DNA from: Anaerolineaceae bacterium
GTDB lineage: Bacteria > Chloroflexota > Anaerolineae > Anaerolineales > Anaerolineaceae
Direction: 5' to 3'
Length of the DNA stretch: 64,000 bases
Assembly: GCA_029975475.1 (NCBI GenBank)
Contig: JARKPB010000003.1
Location: forward strand, 258,067 to 322,066
This document shows positions 27,918 to 36,267 of the stretch, piece after piece (position 1 is the first letter of the stretch; each line of letters begins with the position of its first letter). The notes below the pieces were generated by a model. That model saw nothing but the letters and a program-made list of their open reading frames with translations. It did no database searches and was not told the DNA's origin. Position numbers and translations under genes: made by a program.

Positions 27918-27945
27918 TAAAAAAATACCAGCGCATAGCGCGTGG
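27918..27945 (-). terminator. Promoter-proximal hairpin plus U7 in the greA leader (attenuator-like)
   Basis: The minus-strand RNA would read CCACGCGC-UAU-GCGCUGG-UAUUUUUUUA. It starts about 3 nt after the predicted TSS and lies about 108 nt upstream of the greA ATG. Confidence 0.45.
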
Positions 27946-27954
27946 AGTTTCAAA

Positions 27955-27983
27955 ATAATAACATATTTTTAACCCGAATGCAA
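27955..27983 (-). promoter_or_regulatory. Sigma70-like promoter for greA
   Basis: On the minus strand: TTGCAT (27983-27978), 17-nt spacer, TATTAT (27960-27955). Confidence 0.45.
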
Positions 27984-28048
27984 GTTCTAGTCAATTGAAG
28001 CGCTGAGGAGCGGTTTTCCGGGTATAATCAGCCCGTTTGCGGGCTGCC

Positions 28049-28651
28049 ATGCAGATCTTCACCACGCTGTTAATTTCGATTGGACTGGCAATGGACGCCT
28101 TCGCGGTTTCCATCGGCGTTGGCACGACTGACCGTTCCTCTGACCGCGGCGCCGTCTTCCGCCTGGCTTTTCATTTTGGCCTCTTTCAGGGATTGATGAC
28201 CTTCCTCGGCTGGCTGGCCGGCAGCACCGTCGCCAGCCTGATCGCGGGCATTGACCACTGGGTCGCCATGGCGCTGCTGGCCTGGGTCGGCGTGCGGATG
28301 ATCCTGCAGGGCTTGAGCCAGGAAGAGCAGCCAGGCTGTCCTGATCCATCCCGCGGCGGGACCCTGATGATGCTGTGCATCGCAACCAGCCTGGACGCCA
28401 TGGCTGTGGGCCTCGGCCTGGCAATGATCAATGTAGATATACTCAGCGCTTCGCTTTCCATTGGTTTCATCACCCTGGGGCTCTCGCTGCTCGGGCTGCT
28501 GCTGGGCTCCCGGCTGGGCAGGCGGTTTGGCAGGCGGATGGAAGTGGTCGGCGGGATTATCCTGAACCTGATTGGCCTGCGCATTCTGCTCACCCACCTG
28601 TTCCCCGCGCTGGAACCCGCCCTCTTGACATTTATCGCCTTTCAGGCATAA
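28049..28651 (+). CDS. mntP: Manganese efflux pump MntP (DUF204 x2)
   Basis: MQIFTTLLISIGLAMDAFAVSIG, with a second repeat CIATSLDAMAVGLG. Six TM segments, about 200 aa. Confidence 0.85.
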   Translation: MQIFTTLLISIGLAMDAFAVSIGVGTTDRSSDRGAVFRLAFHFGLFQGLMTFLGWLAGSTVASLIAGIDHWVAMALLAWVGVRMILQGLSQEEQPGCPDPSRGGTLMMLCIATSLDAMAVGLGLAMINVDILSASLSIGFITLGLSLLGLLLGSRLGRRFGRRMEVVGGIILNLIGLRILLTHLFPALEPALLTFIAFQA

Positions 28652-28669
28652 TTGAGCCAATATTAAACA

Positions 28670-28935
28670 GCCCTGACAGAGGAAAGTAAGCTGAAGGAAG
28701 CCGCCAGGGATGCGGACGCGCAGACTGAAACGTCCGCTCGGTGAAAACCAGCTGAAGTTCCCTCTCGAGCCGCTCAGGTGAACATGATTCGATCAGTAGT
28801 CTGAGCCGCCCTGCCAGCGTTATCCGGGCAGCCAATCGCCGCAAGGCCGTTGGACAGAGCGGGCTGCGCCGGGCGCAGCCAAAAAGGGTGGTACCGCGGG
28901 AATGCTTCCCGTCCCTTACAGGGACGGGTTCTTCA
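28670..28935 (+). promoter_or_regulatory. T-box leader (Phe) with terminator/antiterminator upstream of pheST
   Basis: Conserved T-box AGGGTGGTACCGCGG at 28885-28899. Terminator stem CCCGTCCC / GGGACGGG at 28908-28928, followed by TTCTTCATTT. The T-box 3' side CGGGA can pair with TCCCG of the terminator 5' arm, forming the antiterminator. Candidate UUC specifier at 28758-28760 within GAAGUUCCC. Confidence 0.75.
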
Positions 28936-28958
28936 TTTAACTAATTATTGAGGTGAGC

Positions 28959-29999
28959 ATGTCAGAACACGAAATCTTTGCCCGACTCAAAGAAATCCAG
29001 CGCCAGGGGCTGGAGGCCCTGCAAAAGGTCCAGGACGAAGCCAGCCTGCAGACCTGGCGCACCGCCCATCTGGGCCGCTCGTCAGCGGTTATGCAGATCT
29101 TCTCCGGCCTGGGCAGCCTGGATAAGGAGCTGCGCCCGCAGGTTGGCCAGCAGGCGAACCTGGTCAAACAGGCGCTGGAAAGCGCCTACGCGCAGCGTGA
29201 AGAGCAAATCAAAGCCGCCAGCCTGCAGCGCGCCCTGACCAGCGAAAAGCTGGATGTCAGCCTTCCCGGCCGCCGCCGGCCGCTGGGGCGGCTGCATCCC
29301 GCCACCCAGGTGCTCAACGAGATCTGCCAGGTCTTCGTGGAAATGGGCTTCCAGATTTACCGGTCTCCCGAAGTCGAGACCGATGTGTTGAACTTTGAAC
29401 TGCTCAACATCCCCGCCCACCACCCTGCCCGCGATATGTGGGACACGTTTCACACCACCAGCCCGGGCATTTTGCTGCGCACGCACACATCGCCGGGTCA
29501 AATCCGCCTGATGCGCGAAGCCTGCCCGGAACCCATCCGCGCCATCCTGCCCGGGATGTGCTACCGCTACGAACAGACAGATGCCAGCCATGAAAGCCAG
29601 TTCAACCAGATTGAGCTGCTGGCGGTCGGCAAAGGCATCACCTTTGGCGATCTGAAAGGGACTTTAGACCAGTTCGCGGTGCGCATGTTCGGCGAAGGCG
29701 TACGCACCCGCCTGCGCCCGTCCTACTTTCCATTCACCGAACCGAGCGCTGAGCTGGATGTGCAGTGCTTTTTATGCGCTGGCAAAGGTTGCACCGTCTG
29801 CAAAGGCACCGGCTGGCTGGAACTGGGCGGCTGCGGGATGGTTCACCCGGTCGTCCTGCAAAACGGCGGTTACGATCCTGAAATTTATTCCGGGTTCGCT
29901 GCCGGTCTCGGCCCGGAACGCGTGGCCATGATGCGCTACCGCATTGAAGACATCCGTTCATTCTGGGCGAATGACCTTCGCTTCCTGGAACAATTTTAG
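28959..29999 (+). CDS. pheS: Phenylalanine--tRNA ligase alpha subunit
   Basis: Class II core: HPARDMWDTF, MCYRYEQTDASHESQFNQIE and GFAAGLGPERVAMM. GAGGTG RBS before the ATG at 28959. Confidence 0.95.
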   Translation: MSEHEIFARLKEIQRQGLEALQKVQDEASLQTWRTAHLGRSSAVMQIFSGLGSLDKELRPQVGQQANLVKQALESAYAQREEQIKAASLQRALTSEKLDVSLPGRRRPLGRLHPATQVLNEICQVFVEMGFQIYRSPEVETDVLNFELLNIPAHHPARDMWDTFHTTSPGILLRTHTSPGQIRLMREACPEPIRAILPGMCYRYEQTDASHESQFNQIELLAVGKGITFGDLKGTLDQFAVRMFGEGVRTRLRPSYFPFTEPSAELDVQCFLCAGKGCTVCKGTGWLELGGCGMVHPVVLQNGGYDPEIYSGFAAGLGPERVAMMRYRIEDIRSFWANDLRFLEQF

Positions 30000-30008
30000 G
30001 AGATCGGC

Positions 30009-32564
30009 ATGAAAATTCCACTTTCCTGGCTTAAAGAGTACATTGATATCGAATTAAACCTCGAGGAACTGGCCCGCACGCTGACCCTGGCCGGGCTGGA
30101 AGTCGAGGAAATCCGCCTGGCCGGGCTGCCGAAACCCGCGGCGGATCGGTATATGTTCAAATACACCGGCCTTTCCTGGGACCGCGAACATTTTGTTGTG
30201 GCGCAGATTGATGAAGTCATGCCCCATCCCAACGCTGATCGGCTGACCCTCTGCCGGCTGAACGATGGCCAGCAAGAACTGATCGTGCTGACCGGGGCGC
30301 CAAATCTGTTTGAATACAAAGGCGCCGGTCCTCTGGCCAGACCGCTGAAGGTTGCCTACGCCCGCGAAGGCGCCACCCTCTACGACGGCCATCAGCCGGG
30401 TGAAGTCCTCACCACCCTGAAGCGGGTAAAGATCCGCGGGGTCGAGTCTTTTTCCATGGTTTGCTCGGAAAAAGAACTGGGCATCTCTGAAGAACACGAG
30501 GGAATTATCCTGCTGGATGCTGACGCCCCCACCGGGATGCCGCTGGTGGATTATCTCGGCGATGCGGTCCTGGTCATCAGCATTCTGCCGAACATGATCC
30601 GCAATGCCAGCGTGATCGGTGTGGCGCGGGAACTTTCCGCTCTAACCGGCAAACCGCTGCGCCAGCCCGGAGCCGGGCTGCTGGAAGCCGCCCGTCTGGC
30701 CGCGCTGACCGGCGGCGAACCAATCGACGGCAAAGCTGCGGTTCAAATTACCGAAGCGGAGCTTAACCCCCGCTTTGTCCTCGGACTGATACGCGGGGTG
30801 GAACCGCGCCCCAGCCCTTACCGCGTCCAGCACCGCCTGCGCCTGGCCGGGATGCGCCCGATCAACAGCATCGTGGATGCCACCAATTACGTCATGCTGG
30901 AAACCGGGGAGCCGCTGCACGCTTTTGATTATGATGTGCTGATCCGCCGCGCGGGCGGAAAACCCCCGACAATCATTACCCGCCGGGCGCAAAAAGGCGA
31001 AAAACTCACCACACTGGACGGAGTGGAGCGCACCCTGGACGACTTTACCATCCTGGTAACCGATACCGCCGGGCCGCTTTCGCTGGCCGGCGTGATGGGC
31101 GGGATGGAAAGCGAAGTAACCGAAAACACCCGCAATGTCCTGCTTGAAGGCGCTTCCTGGAATTTTGTTAATATCCGCCGCACTGCCTTCAGCCAGCGCC
31201 TGAGTTCCGAAGCCGGGTACCGCTTCTCGCGCGGGGTCCACCCCGCGCTGGCTGAAATTGGCGTAATGCTGGGGCTGGCGCGCATGGCTGCCTGGTCCGG
31301 CGGGCAGATCGCCCCCGGTTTGGTCGATGCTTACCCTCTGCCGCCCGTTGATCCGATCATCTCGCTCAGCCCTGCGGACGTGCGCCGGATCCTGGGGATT
31401 AACCTGTCTCCAGAAGAAATCGCCGCGCTGCTGGAACGGCTGGGATTCACCTGCCGCACGACCGAAAACGCCGTGCTGGTGCAGACCCCGCCGCACCGGC
31501 TGGATATCAGTGAGGGCAGCATGGGAAAGGCAGATCTACTGGAAGAAATTGCGCGCATTTATGGTTATGAACGCATCCCCGCCGCCCGCCTGGCAGAGCC
31601 GCTGCCGCCTCCGCGGCCAACCCCCGATCTTCAACTGGAGGCGCGGGTGCGAGAAGGATTGGCGCGCCTGGGCCTGCAGGAAATCGTCAGCTACCGCATG
31701 ACCACCCCGGAGCGCGAGGCGCGTCTGGCTGCCCCGGATGCGCCGGCTGAACCGCAGGCGTATATCCGCCTGCTCAACCCGATCACCCCGGAACGCTCGG
31801 TCATGCGCCGCAGCCTGCTTTCCAGCGTGCTGGATGCCGCTGAACGCAATTTGCGCGTGCGCGATCCGTTGATGCTTTTTGAAATCGGCCCGGTTTTCCT
31901 GCCAACCGGCGAAGGTCAGCTGCCTGAAGAGCCGCAGCGCCTGGCAATCCTGTTCAGCGGCAGCGCCGGATTGCCAGCCTGGGATCAGCCGGCCCCGCGC
32001 AAGCTTGATTTCTACGACCTTAAAGGCGCCCTGGAAAGCCTGCTGGAGCGTTTGCACATCCCCGCCCTGGCTTTTGAACCCGCGGCTGAAGGTCCTTACC
32101 ACCCCGGAAAATGCGCCCTTATCACCAGCGGCGGTCAGCGGCTGGGTATCTTTGGCGAGCTGCACCCGCTGGTGAAAGAGCGCTTTGACCTGGGCCCTGC
32201 GCCGGTGGTTTGCGCCGAACTGGAATTAAGCGCCTTACTGGCGGCTGCGCCGGCGCGGTTTGAAACCGCCAGCGTCTCCAGCTACCCGCCTGTGCTGGAA
32301 GATATCGCTGTGGTCGTGGATGAAAGCCTGCCAGCCGAGCAAGTGGCTGCCTTGATCCGCCAGACCGGCGGGCGTTTACTGGTCGGGCTGCGCCTGTTCG
32401 ATGTCTTTCGCGGCGAACAAATCGGCGCCGGCAAGAAAAGCCTGGCTTACGCGCTGACCTATCAGGCTCCCGATCACACCCTCAACGAGAAAGAAGCGGC
32501 ACAAATTCGTCAGCGCATTATCCGCCGCCTTGAGCAAGAATTAGGCGCCAAACTGCGCGGTTAA
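30009..32564 (+). CDS. pheT: Phenylalanine--tRNA ligase beta subunit
   Basis: MKIPLSWLKEYIDIE start. tRNA-binding OB domain, B3/4 and B5 regions, and the C-terminal FDVFRGEQIGAGKKSLAYALTYQA anticodon-binding-like domain. Confidence 0.95.
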   Translation: MKIPLSWLKEYIDIELNLEELARTLTLAGLEVEEIRLAGLPKPAADRYMFKYTGLSWDREHFVVAQIDEVMPHPNADRLTLCRLNDGQQELIVLTGAPNLFEYKGAGPLARPLKVAYAREGATLYDGHQPGEVLTTLKRVKIRGVESFSMVCSEKELGISEEHEGIILLDADAPTGMPLVDYLGDAVLVISILPNMIRNASVIGVARELSALTGKPLRQPGAGLLEAARLAALTGGEPIDGKAAVQITEAELNPRFVLGLIRGVEPRPSPYRVQHRLRLAGMRPINSIVDATNYVMLETGEPLHAFDYDVLIRRAGGKPPTIITRRAQKGEKLTTLDGVERTLDDFTILVTDTAGPLSLAGVMGGMESEVTENTRNVLLEGASWNFVNIRRTAFSQRLSSEAGYRFSRGVHPALAEIGVMLGLARMAAWSGGQIAPGLVDAYPLPPVDPIISLSPADVRRILGINLSPEEIAALLERLGFTCRTTENAVLVQTPPHRLDISEGSMGKADLLEEIARIYGYERIPAARLAEPLPPPRPTPDLQLEARVREGLARLGLQEIVSYRMTTPEREARLAAPDAPAEPQAYIRLLNPITPERSVMRRSLLSSVLDAAERNLRVRDPLMLFEIGPVFLPTGEGQLPEEPQRLAILFSGSAGLPAWDQPAPRKLDFYDLKGALESLLERLHIPALAFEPAAEGPYHPGKCALITSGGQRLGIFGELHPLVKERFDLGPAPVVCAELELSALLAAAPARFETASVSSYPPVLEDIAVVVDESLPAEQVAALIRQTGGRLLVGLRLFDVFRGEQIGAGKKSLAYALTYQAPDHTLNEKEAAQIRQRIIRRLEQELGAKLRG

Positions 32565-32585
32565 ATAGTGTTTTTGGAAGAAATA

Positions 32586-32619
32586 ACTGGTCAGGTTTTC
32601 CCTGGCCAGTTTTATTATT
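32586..32619 (+). terminator. Intrinsic terminator after pheT
   Basis: Stem ACTGGTCAGG / CCTGGCCAGT (one G-U pair), loop TTTTC, then TTTATTATT. Confidence 0.65.
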
Positions 32620-32702
32620 CGTCAATTTGTCAGACAACTCTTCTCAAATTACCCGGCTTCCGGTAACATTATGCCAACCCAATCAAGCTTTAGAGGTGAA
32701 CG

Positions 32703-33779
32703 ATGAGCGACACCCGCGTGCGTCTGTGGCAGATGGAACTGGCCCATCCGGTCATGCCGGCTGCCGGACCCAATGTGCAAGATTCAGCCGCCCTGCGCGC
32801 CGCAGCCGAAGGCGGCGCCGCTGCCCTGGTCAGCAAAACCATTTCCGCGCGCGCGGCGGTTATCCCCCACCCCAACATGGCGGATCTCAAGAGCCACTTT
32901 CTCAACACGGAATTGTGGTCGGAACTGCCCCCCGAAGCGTGGGTGGAGCGCGAACTGCCGGCGGTTCGCGAGATCGGCCTGCCGTTGATCATCAGCCTGG
33001 GTTACAGCGCGGCCGACATCGCCGCGGTCGCGCCGCGCGTGCGCCCGTTTGCCGACGCGGTCGAATTAAGCACCCATTATGTCGGTAATGATCCCGGCCC
33101 CATGCAAGACGCCATCCGCGCAGCCAAAGATGCCCTGAACGTGCCTGTTCTGGTCAAATTAAGCCCCTTCCGTGAAATCGGTCTGGCAGCCGAAGCGGCC
33201 GCGAACGCTGGAGCAGACGGCATTGTGGCGGTGAACTCGTTCGGCCCCGCCCTGGGAATCGATATCGAGAACGGCGGGCGGTTGTGGATGGGGGGCAAAG
33301 GCTACGGCTGGATGTCCGGGCCTGCCCTCAAACCCATCGCCCTGCGCGCGGTTTTTGATATCGCCCGCAGCGTGGACCTGCCCGTCATCGGGGTGGGCGG
33401 GATCAGCCGCGGCAGCGATGTGGTTGAATACTTGATGGCGGGCGCCAGCGCTGTGCAGGTCTGCACCGCCGCCATCACCCGCGGCCCGACTGTTTACGGA
33501 CGCATCGCGGCTGAACTCAACACCTGGATGGAAAAGCACGGCTACAGCGACATCGCCGCGCTGCGCGGGCTGGCGCTGCACCAGGCCGCCCCGCTGATGA
33601 GCCTACCGCCGCAATTATCTCCGGAAATCTGCACCGGCTGCGGCCTGTGCGTCACTTCCTGCGTTTACAATGCCCTCTACCTGGAAGAGAAAAGCATCCA
33701 CCTGCGTGCCGACCGCTGCGCGCGCTGCGGGCTGTGCCTCTCCCGCTGCCCCAGCAATGCCCTGTCATTCGCCGGATAG
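32703..33779 (+). CDS. Dihydroorotate/dihydropyrimidine dehydrogenase-like flavoprotein with C-terminal 2x[4Fe-4S] ferredoxin domain (PreA-like)
   Basis: TIM-barrel DHOD-family motifs (VSKTIS, VKLSP, NSFGP, GVGGI). C-terminal CTGCGLCVTSC and CARCGLCLSRCP clusters. Confidence 0.75.
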   Translation: MSDTRVRLWQMELAHPVMPAAGPNVQDSAALRAAAEGGAAALVSKTISARAAVIPHPNMADLKSHFLNTELWSELPPEAWVERELPAVREIGLPLIISLGYSAADIAAVAPRVRPFADAVELSTHYVGNDPGPMQDAIRAAKDALNVPVLVKLSPFREIGLAAEAAANAGADGIVAVNSFGPALGIDIENGGRLWMGGKGYGWMSGPALKPIALRAVFDIARSVDLPVIGVGGISRGSDVVEYLMAGASAVQVCTAAITRGPTVYGRIAAELNTWMEKHGYSDIAALRGLALHQAAPLMSLPPQLSPEICTGCGLCVTSCVYNALYLEEKSIHLRADRCARCGLCLSRCPSNALSFAG

Positions 33780-33803
33780 ATTTTTTGGAAGAATTAATTC
33801 TAT

Positions 33804-33841
33804 AAACAAGTCCCCGATGATCGATCGGGGACTTGTTTTAT
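33804..33841. terminator. Intrinsic terminator hairpin between convergent genes
   Basis: 15-bp stem AAACAAGTCCCCGAT / ATCGGGGACTTGTTT with a 5-nt loop, followed by TTTTATT. Confidence 0.7.
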
Positions 33842-33886
33842 TCGGTTCGCTATCAATCCCGGCGTCAGTTAACCATCAGACTCGAT

Positions 33887-36121
33887 TTACCGCACCTGAG
33901 CCTGATAAATGGTATCGCCAAAGGCGATGTAGAAAATATTCCCTGGAGCGGCCGCGAAAGCCGTGGGGGTCATCCCGGCCAGCGATGTGCCGTCTTGCAT
34001 GCGCATCACCAGCACCCGGTCCAGATTAAGTTTCAGGCTGAAGCGATAAATCGCGTTATTCTGCGAATCCAGGACGTAGATCGAATCGCGGTTGGCGGAA
34101 AGCGCCAGACGGGTAAAAAGGGCGTTTTCAAAACGGGTCACGCTTCGGGTTTCGCCCTGACGCGCGTCGGTCAGCGCGGCTGGATCGCGGCAGCCGCCGT
34201 CTTTAATCGCCGGCACCGTGCTGTATGTGCACTGCACCAACTCGCCGCTGTCGCGCAGCAAGAACAGTTCACCGGCGTTTATCACCATGTCAACAAACGT
34301 ATCGAAACGGGCGGGTACCTGTCCGCTAAAAAATGGTCCGGGCGGATTATCAAACTGCCCGCGGTCGCCGTCATAACGCCACAGCGCGTTTTTTTCCGCG
34401 TCCAGAACATGCATCACATCGCGGTTGAGGGTCATCAATTTCAGTTTTCCCCAGCCAATCATCGGAGAGGGCAGCATCACCGCCCGCGTGTCGGTTCCCG
34501 GTCCGCAGTACAGCAAAATCCCGTTGGCGTCCAGGGCGACCACCGCGGCGTTGAGGGCGTTGTTGATTTCCAGGGGCGCCAGGTCGATCAATGGAGCGAT
34601 GGTGAGCGCGCCCATCTGTCCCGGGCCGCAGGTAAATGATTTGTCCAGGACAAAACCGATATTGGTTGAAATCAGGCGAAAAACCGCGCCGGATCTGTCA
34701 TCCAGCACGTACAAATCCTGCCCGGAAAACGCCATACGGCTGATTTGAACCGGCTGCGGAAAGGTGTCATTCATCGCCAGGCTCAACTCCAGCCTGGATA
34801 CGCCGTCGAGTGAATCCAGCGCGCTTTCAATCTGCAGCCGCGCTGCCCGCGTTTGATCGCTGATTCCGAACTGCTCCGCCCTCTCGAGCCAGTACTGCGC
34901 CTGCAGCCATGAATTCCTCCGCAAAGCCGGATCGTCGGTCGTTTGAGCCTGGACGGCGAATTGATTGGCCTGGGCCAGGTACACGCGCTGCTGTTCGCCG
35001 CGTCCGGTGCGCAAATAGATGGTGGTAGCCATCGCGACCACAACCAGCGGGATGGCAATTGTGATAAACCAGGCAGCCCCGCTGGAAAGCCCGGCTGGTT
35101 TCTCCGCGCTGCCGGGCAGCATGCGCATCCCCAGCCTGCCCAGGGCGCTTTTGATCTTTCCCCAGACCGCGCTGGCCCCGCTGGCGCTTTGAATGACCGC
35201 CCGCGCGGCTCTGGCTGCGTGTGGCGACGGCTGGCGCGGTGACGGGGGCGCGGCCCGGACAGCCGAAGCGGGCGGCGCAGACGGCGGCGGCGCGGCTGCG
35301 CCGCTCGTGGCCTCCTCCAAATCCTCATCAAAGGGCGGGGGTGAACTCGCAGGAGGTGCCGGGCGATCCGGCAGCGCGGCCGCAGACCGGGGCGGGACCG
35401 CCGCTTCGCGGGTTGGCTGCTGTCCTTCCAGGGCAGACCAGCGCCGCGGGATAATGCGCCCGCGTCCCGGTCCAGGTTGAATAAGCGCAAACTGCAGCCC
35501 GCTTCCCGCGTCCTGGATCAAGCGCCGCTTAAGCACATCCAGACTCAGCCGGGTCGCAGATTTTAAGAGTTCTTCGGACCAGATTGCCGGCGGATTGGCG
35601 CACAGAACCAACAGATCACCGGGTTGAATTTCCATCTGAGAATAGCGGATCAACGGCGCACGGCTGGTGCCCAGCGGTTGAGCAGCCGCCTCCGTATCAA
35701 AAAAAGTGCGAACGCCTCCCGAATTGATCAGGATCGCCCGCGTGGATCCCGCCTGGCCCAGATAAAGCAGCCCGCGCCGCACGACCGCCAGGTTTAGCAT
35801 TCCCGTGGCCCGCCAGCCTTCGCCAGCGGAACGCAGGTTTCGATTAAGAATGAAATTATTCAGGGCTTCAGCGGCCGCGCGCATCGCCGCCGTGACGGTC
35901 CCCGGCGTGGCGAAATAGCGCGCCCCCAGCTGCTCCAGCAATTCGCGCAGCTGTTCCGCGCTCATTGGCGCACTGCCTGAGAAGGTGAGCAGTATGCCCA
36001 GCAGATCTGCCTCACGGCCGCGGGCAGAGCGGCGCGGGGCTGCCGTTACCAGAAAATTTGGCAGCCCGGCTGCTTCTTTCCCGCCGGTCAGATTCAGGGT
36101 ATTGACAAAAAGATCATACAA
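33887..36121 (-). CDS. Membrane protein: degenerate PP2C/SpoIIE-like cytoplasmic domain, Pro/Ala-rich linker, one TM helix, repeat-rich (beta-propeller-like) outer domain
   Basis: The N-terminal ~230 aa carries the second half of the SpoIIE/PPM pattern (LNLAVVRRGLLYLGQAGSTRAILINSGG...PLG...IQPGDLLVLCANP). The metal-binding DxSGHG motif and the AGH His are absent. TM helix at AAWFITIAIPLVVVAMATTIYL. The C-terminal half has recurring LYVLD / MHVLD / IYVLD blades. Confidence 0.6.
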   Translation of the reverse strand: MYDLFVNTLNLTGGKEAAGLPNFLVTAAPRRSARGREADLLGILLTFSGSAPMSAEQLRELLEQLGARYFATPGTVTAAMRAAAEALNNFILNRNLRSAGEGWRATGMLNLAVVRRGLLYLGQAGSTRAILINSGGVRTFFDTEAAAQPLGTSRAPLIRYSQMEIQPGDLLVLCANPPAIWSEELLKSATRLSLDVLKRRLIQDAGSGLQFALIQPGPGRGRIIPRRWSALEGQQPTREAAVPPRSAAALPDRPAPPASSPPPFDEDLEEATSGAAAPPPSAPPASAVRAAPPSPRQPSPHAARAARAVIQSASGASAVWGKIKSALGRLGMRMLPGSAEKPAGLSSGAAWFITIAIPLVVVAMATTIYLRTGRGEQQRVYLAQANQFAVQAQTTDDPALRRNSWLQAQYWLERAEQFGISDQTRAARLQIESALDSLDGVSRLELSLAMNDTFPQPVQISRMAFSGQDLYVLDDRSGAVFRLISTNIGFVLDKSFTCGPGQMGALTIAPLIDLAPLEINNALNAAVVALDANGILLYCGPGTDTRAVMLPSPMIGWGKLKLMTLNRDVMHVLDAEKNALWRYDGDRGQFDNPPGPFFSGQVPARFDTFVDMVINAGELFLLRDSGELVQCTYSTVPAIKDGGCRDPAALTDARQGETRSVTRFENALFTRLALSANRDSIYVLDSQNNAIYRFSLKLNLDRVLVMRMQDGTSLAGMTPTAFAAAPGNIFYIAFGDTIYQAQVR

Positions 36122-36191
36122 AGCGCGTTTCCATCCTGACCCTTGGTCTAGGGCTGATTATACATTGAATTGAAAGACCCATTTTCTGCCT

Positions 36192-36220
36192 TTGCGGCAG
36201 ACAGCAGGATTGTCTATAAT
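36192..36220 (+). promoter_or_regulatory. Sigma70-like promoter for the HerA-like ATPase gene
   Basis: TTGCGG (36192-36197), 17-nt spacer, TATAAT (36215-36220). The -35 element overlaps the inverted repeat TCTGCC-N5-GGCAGA (36186-36202). Confidence 0.45.
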
Positions 36221-36267
36221 AGAGGAAGTCTGTATTGTTTGAAACTTCCAACCAGGATGGTGAAACC

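Noticed and set aside
27850-28048. A possible yybP-ykoY riboswitch upstream of mntP, as found in E. coli.
   Set aside because: No GGGGAGTAG or AGAGACC-type motif occurs on the plus strand here. Only a TATAAT (28023-28028) and a small hairpin CAGCCCG-TTTG-CGGGCTG sit next to the start codon. The minus-strand features in this spacer belong to the greA leader.
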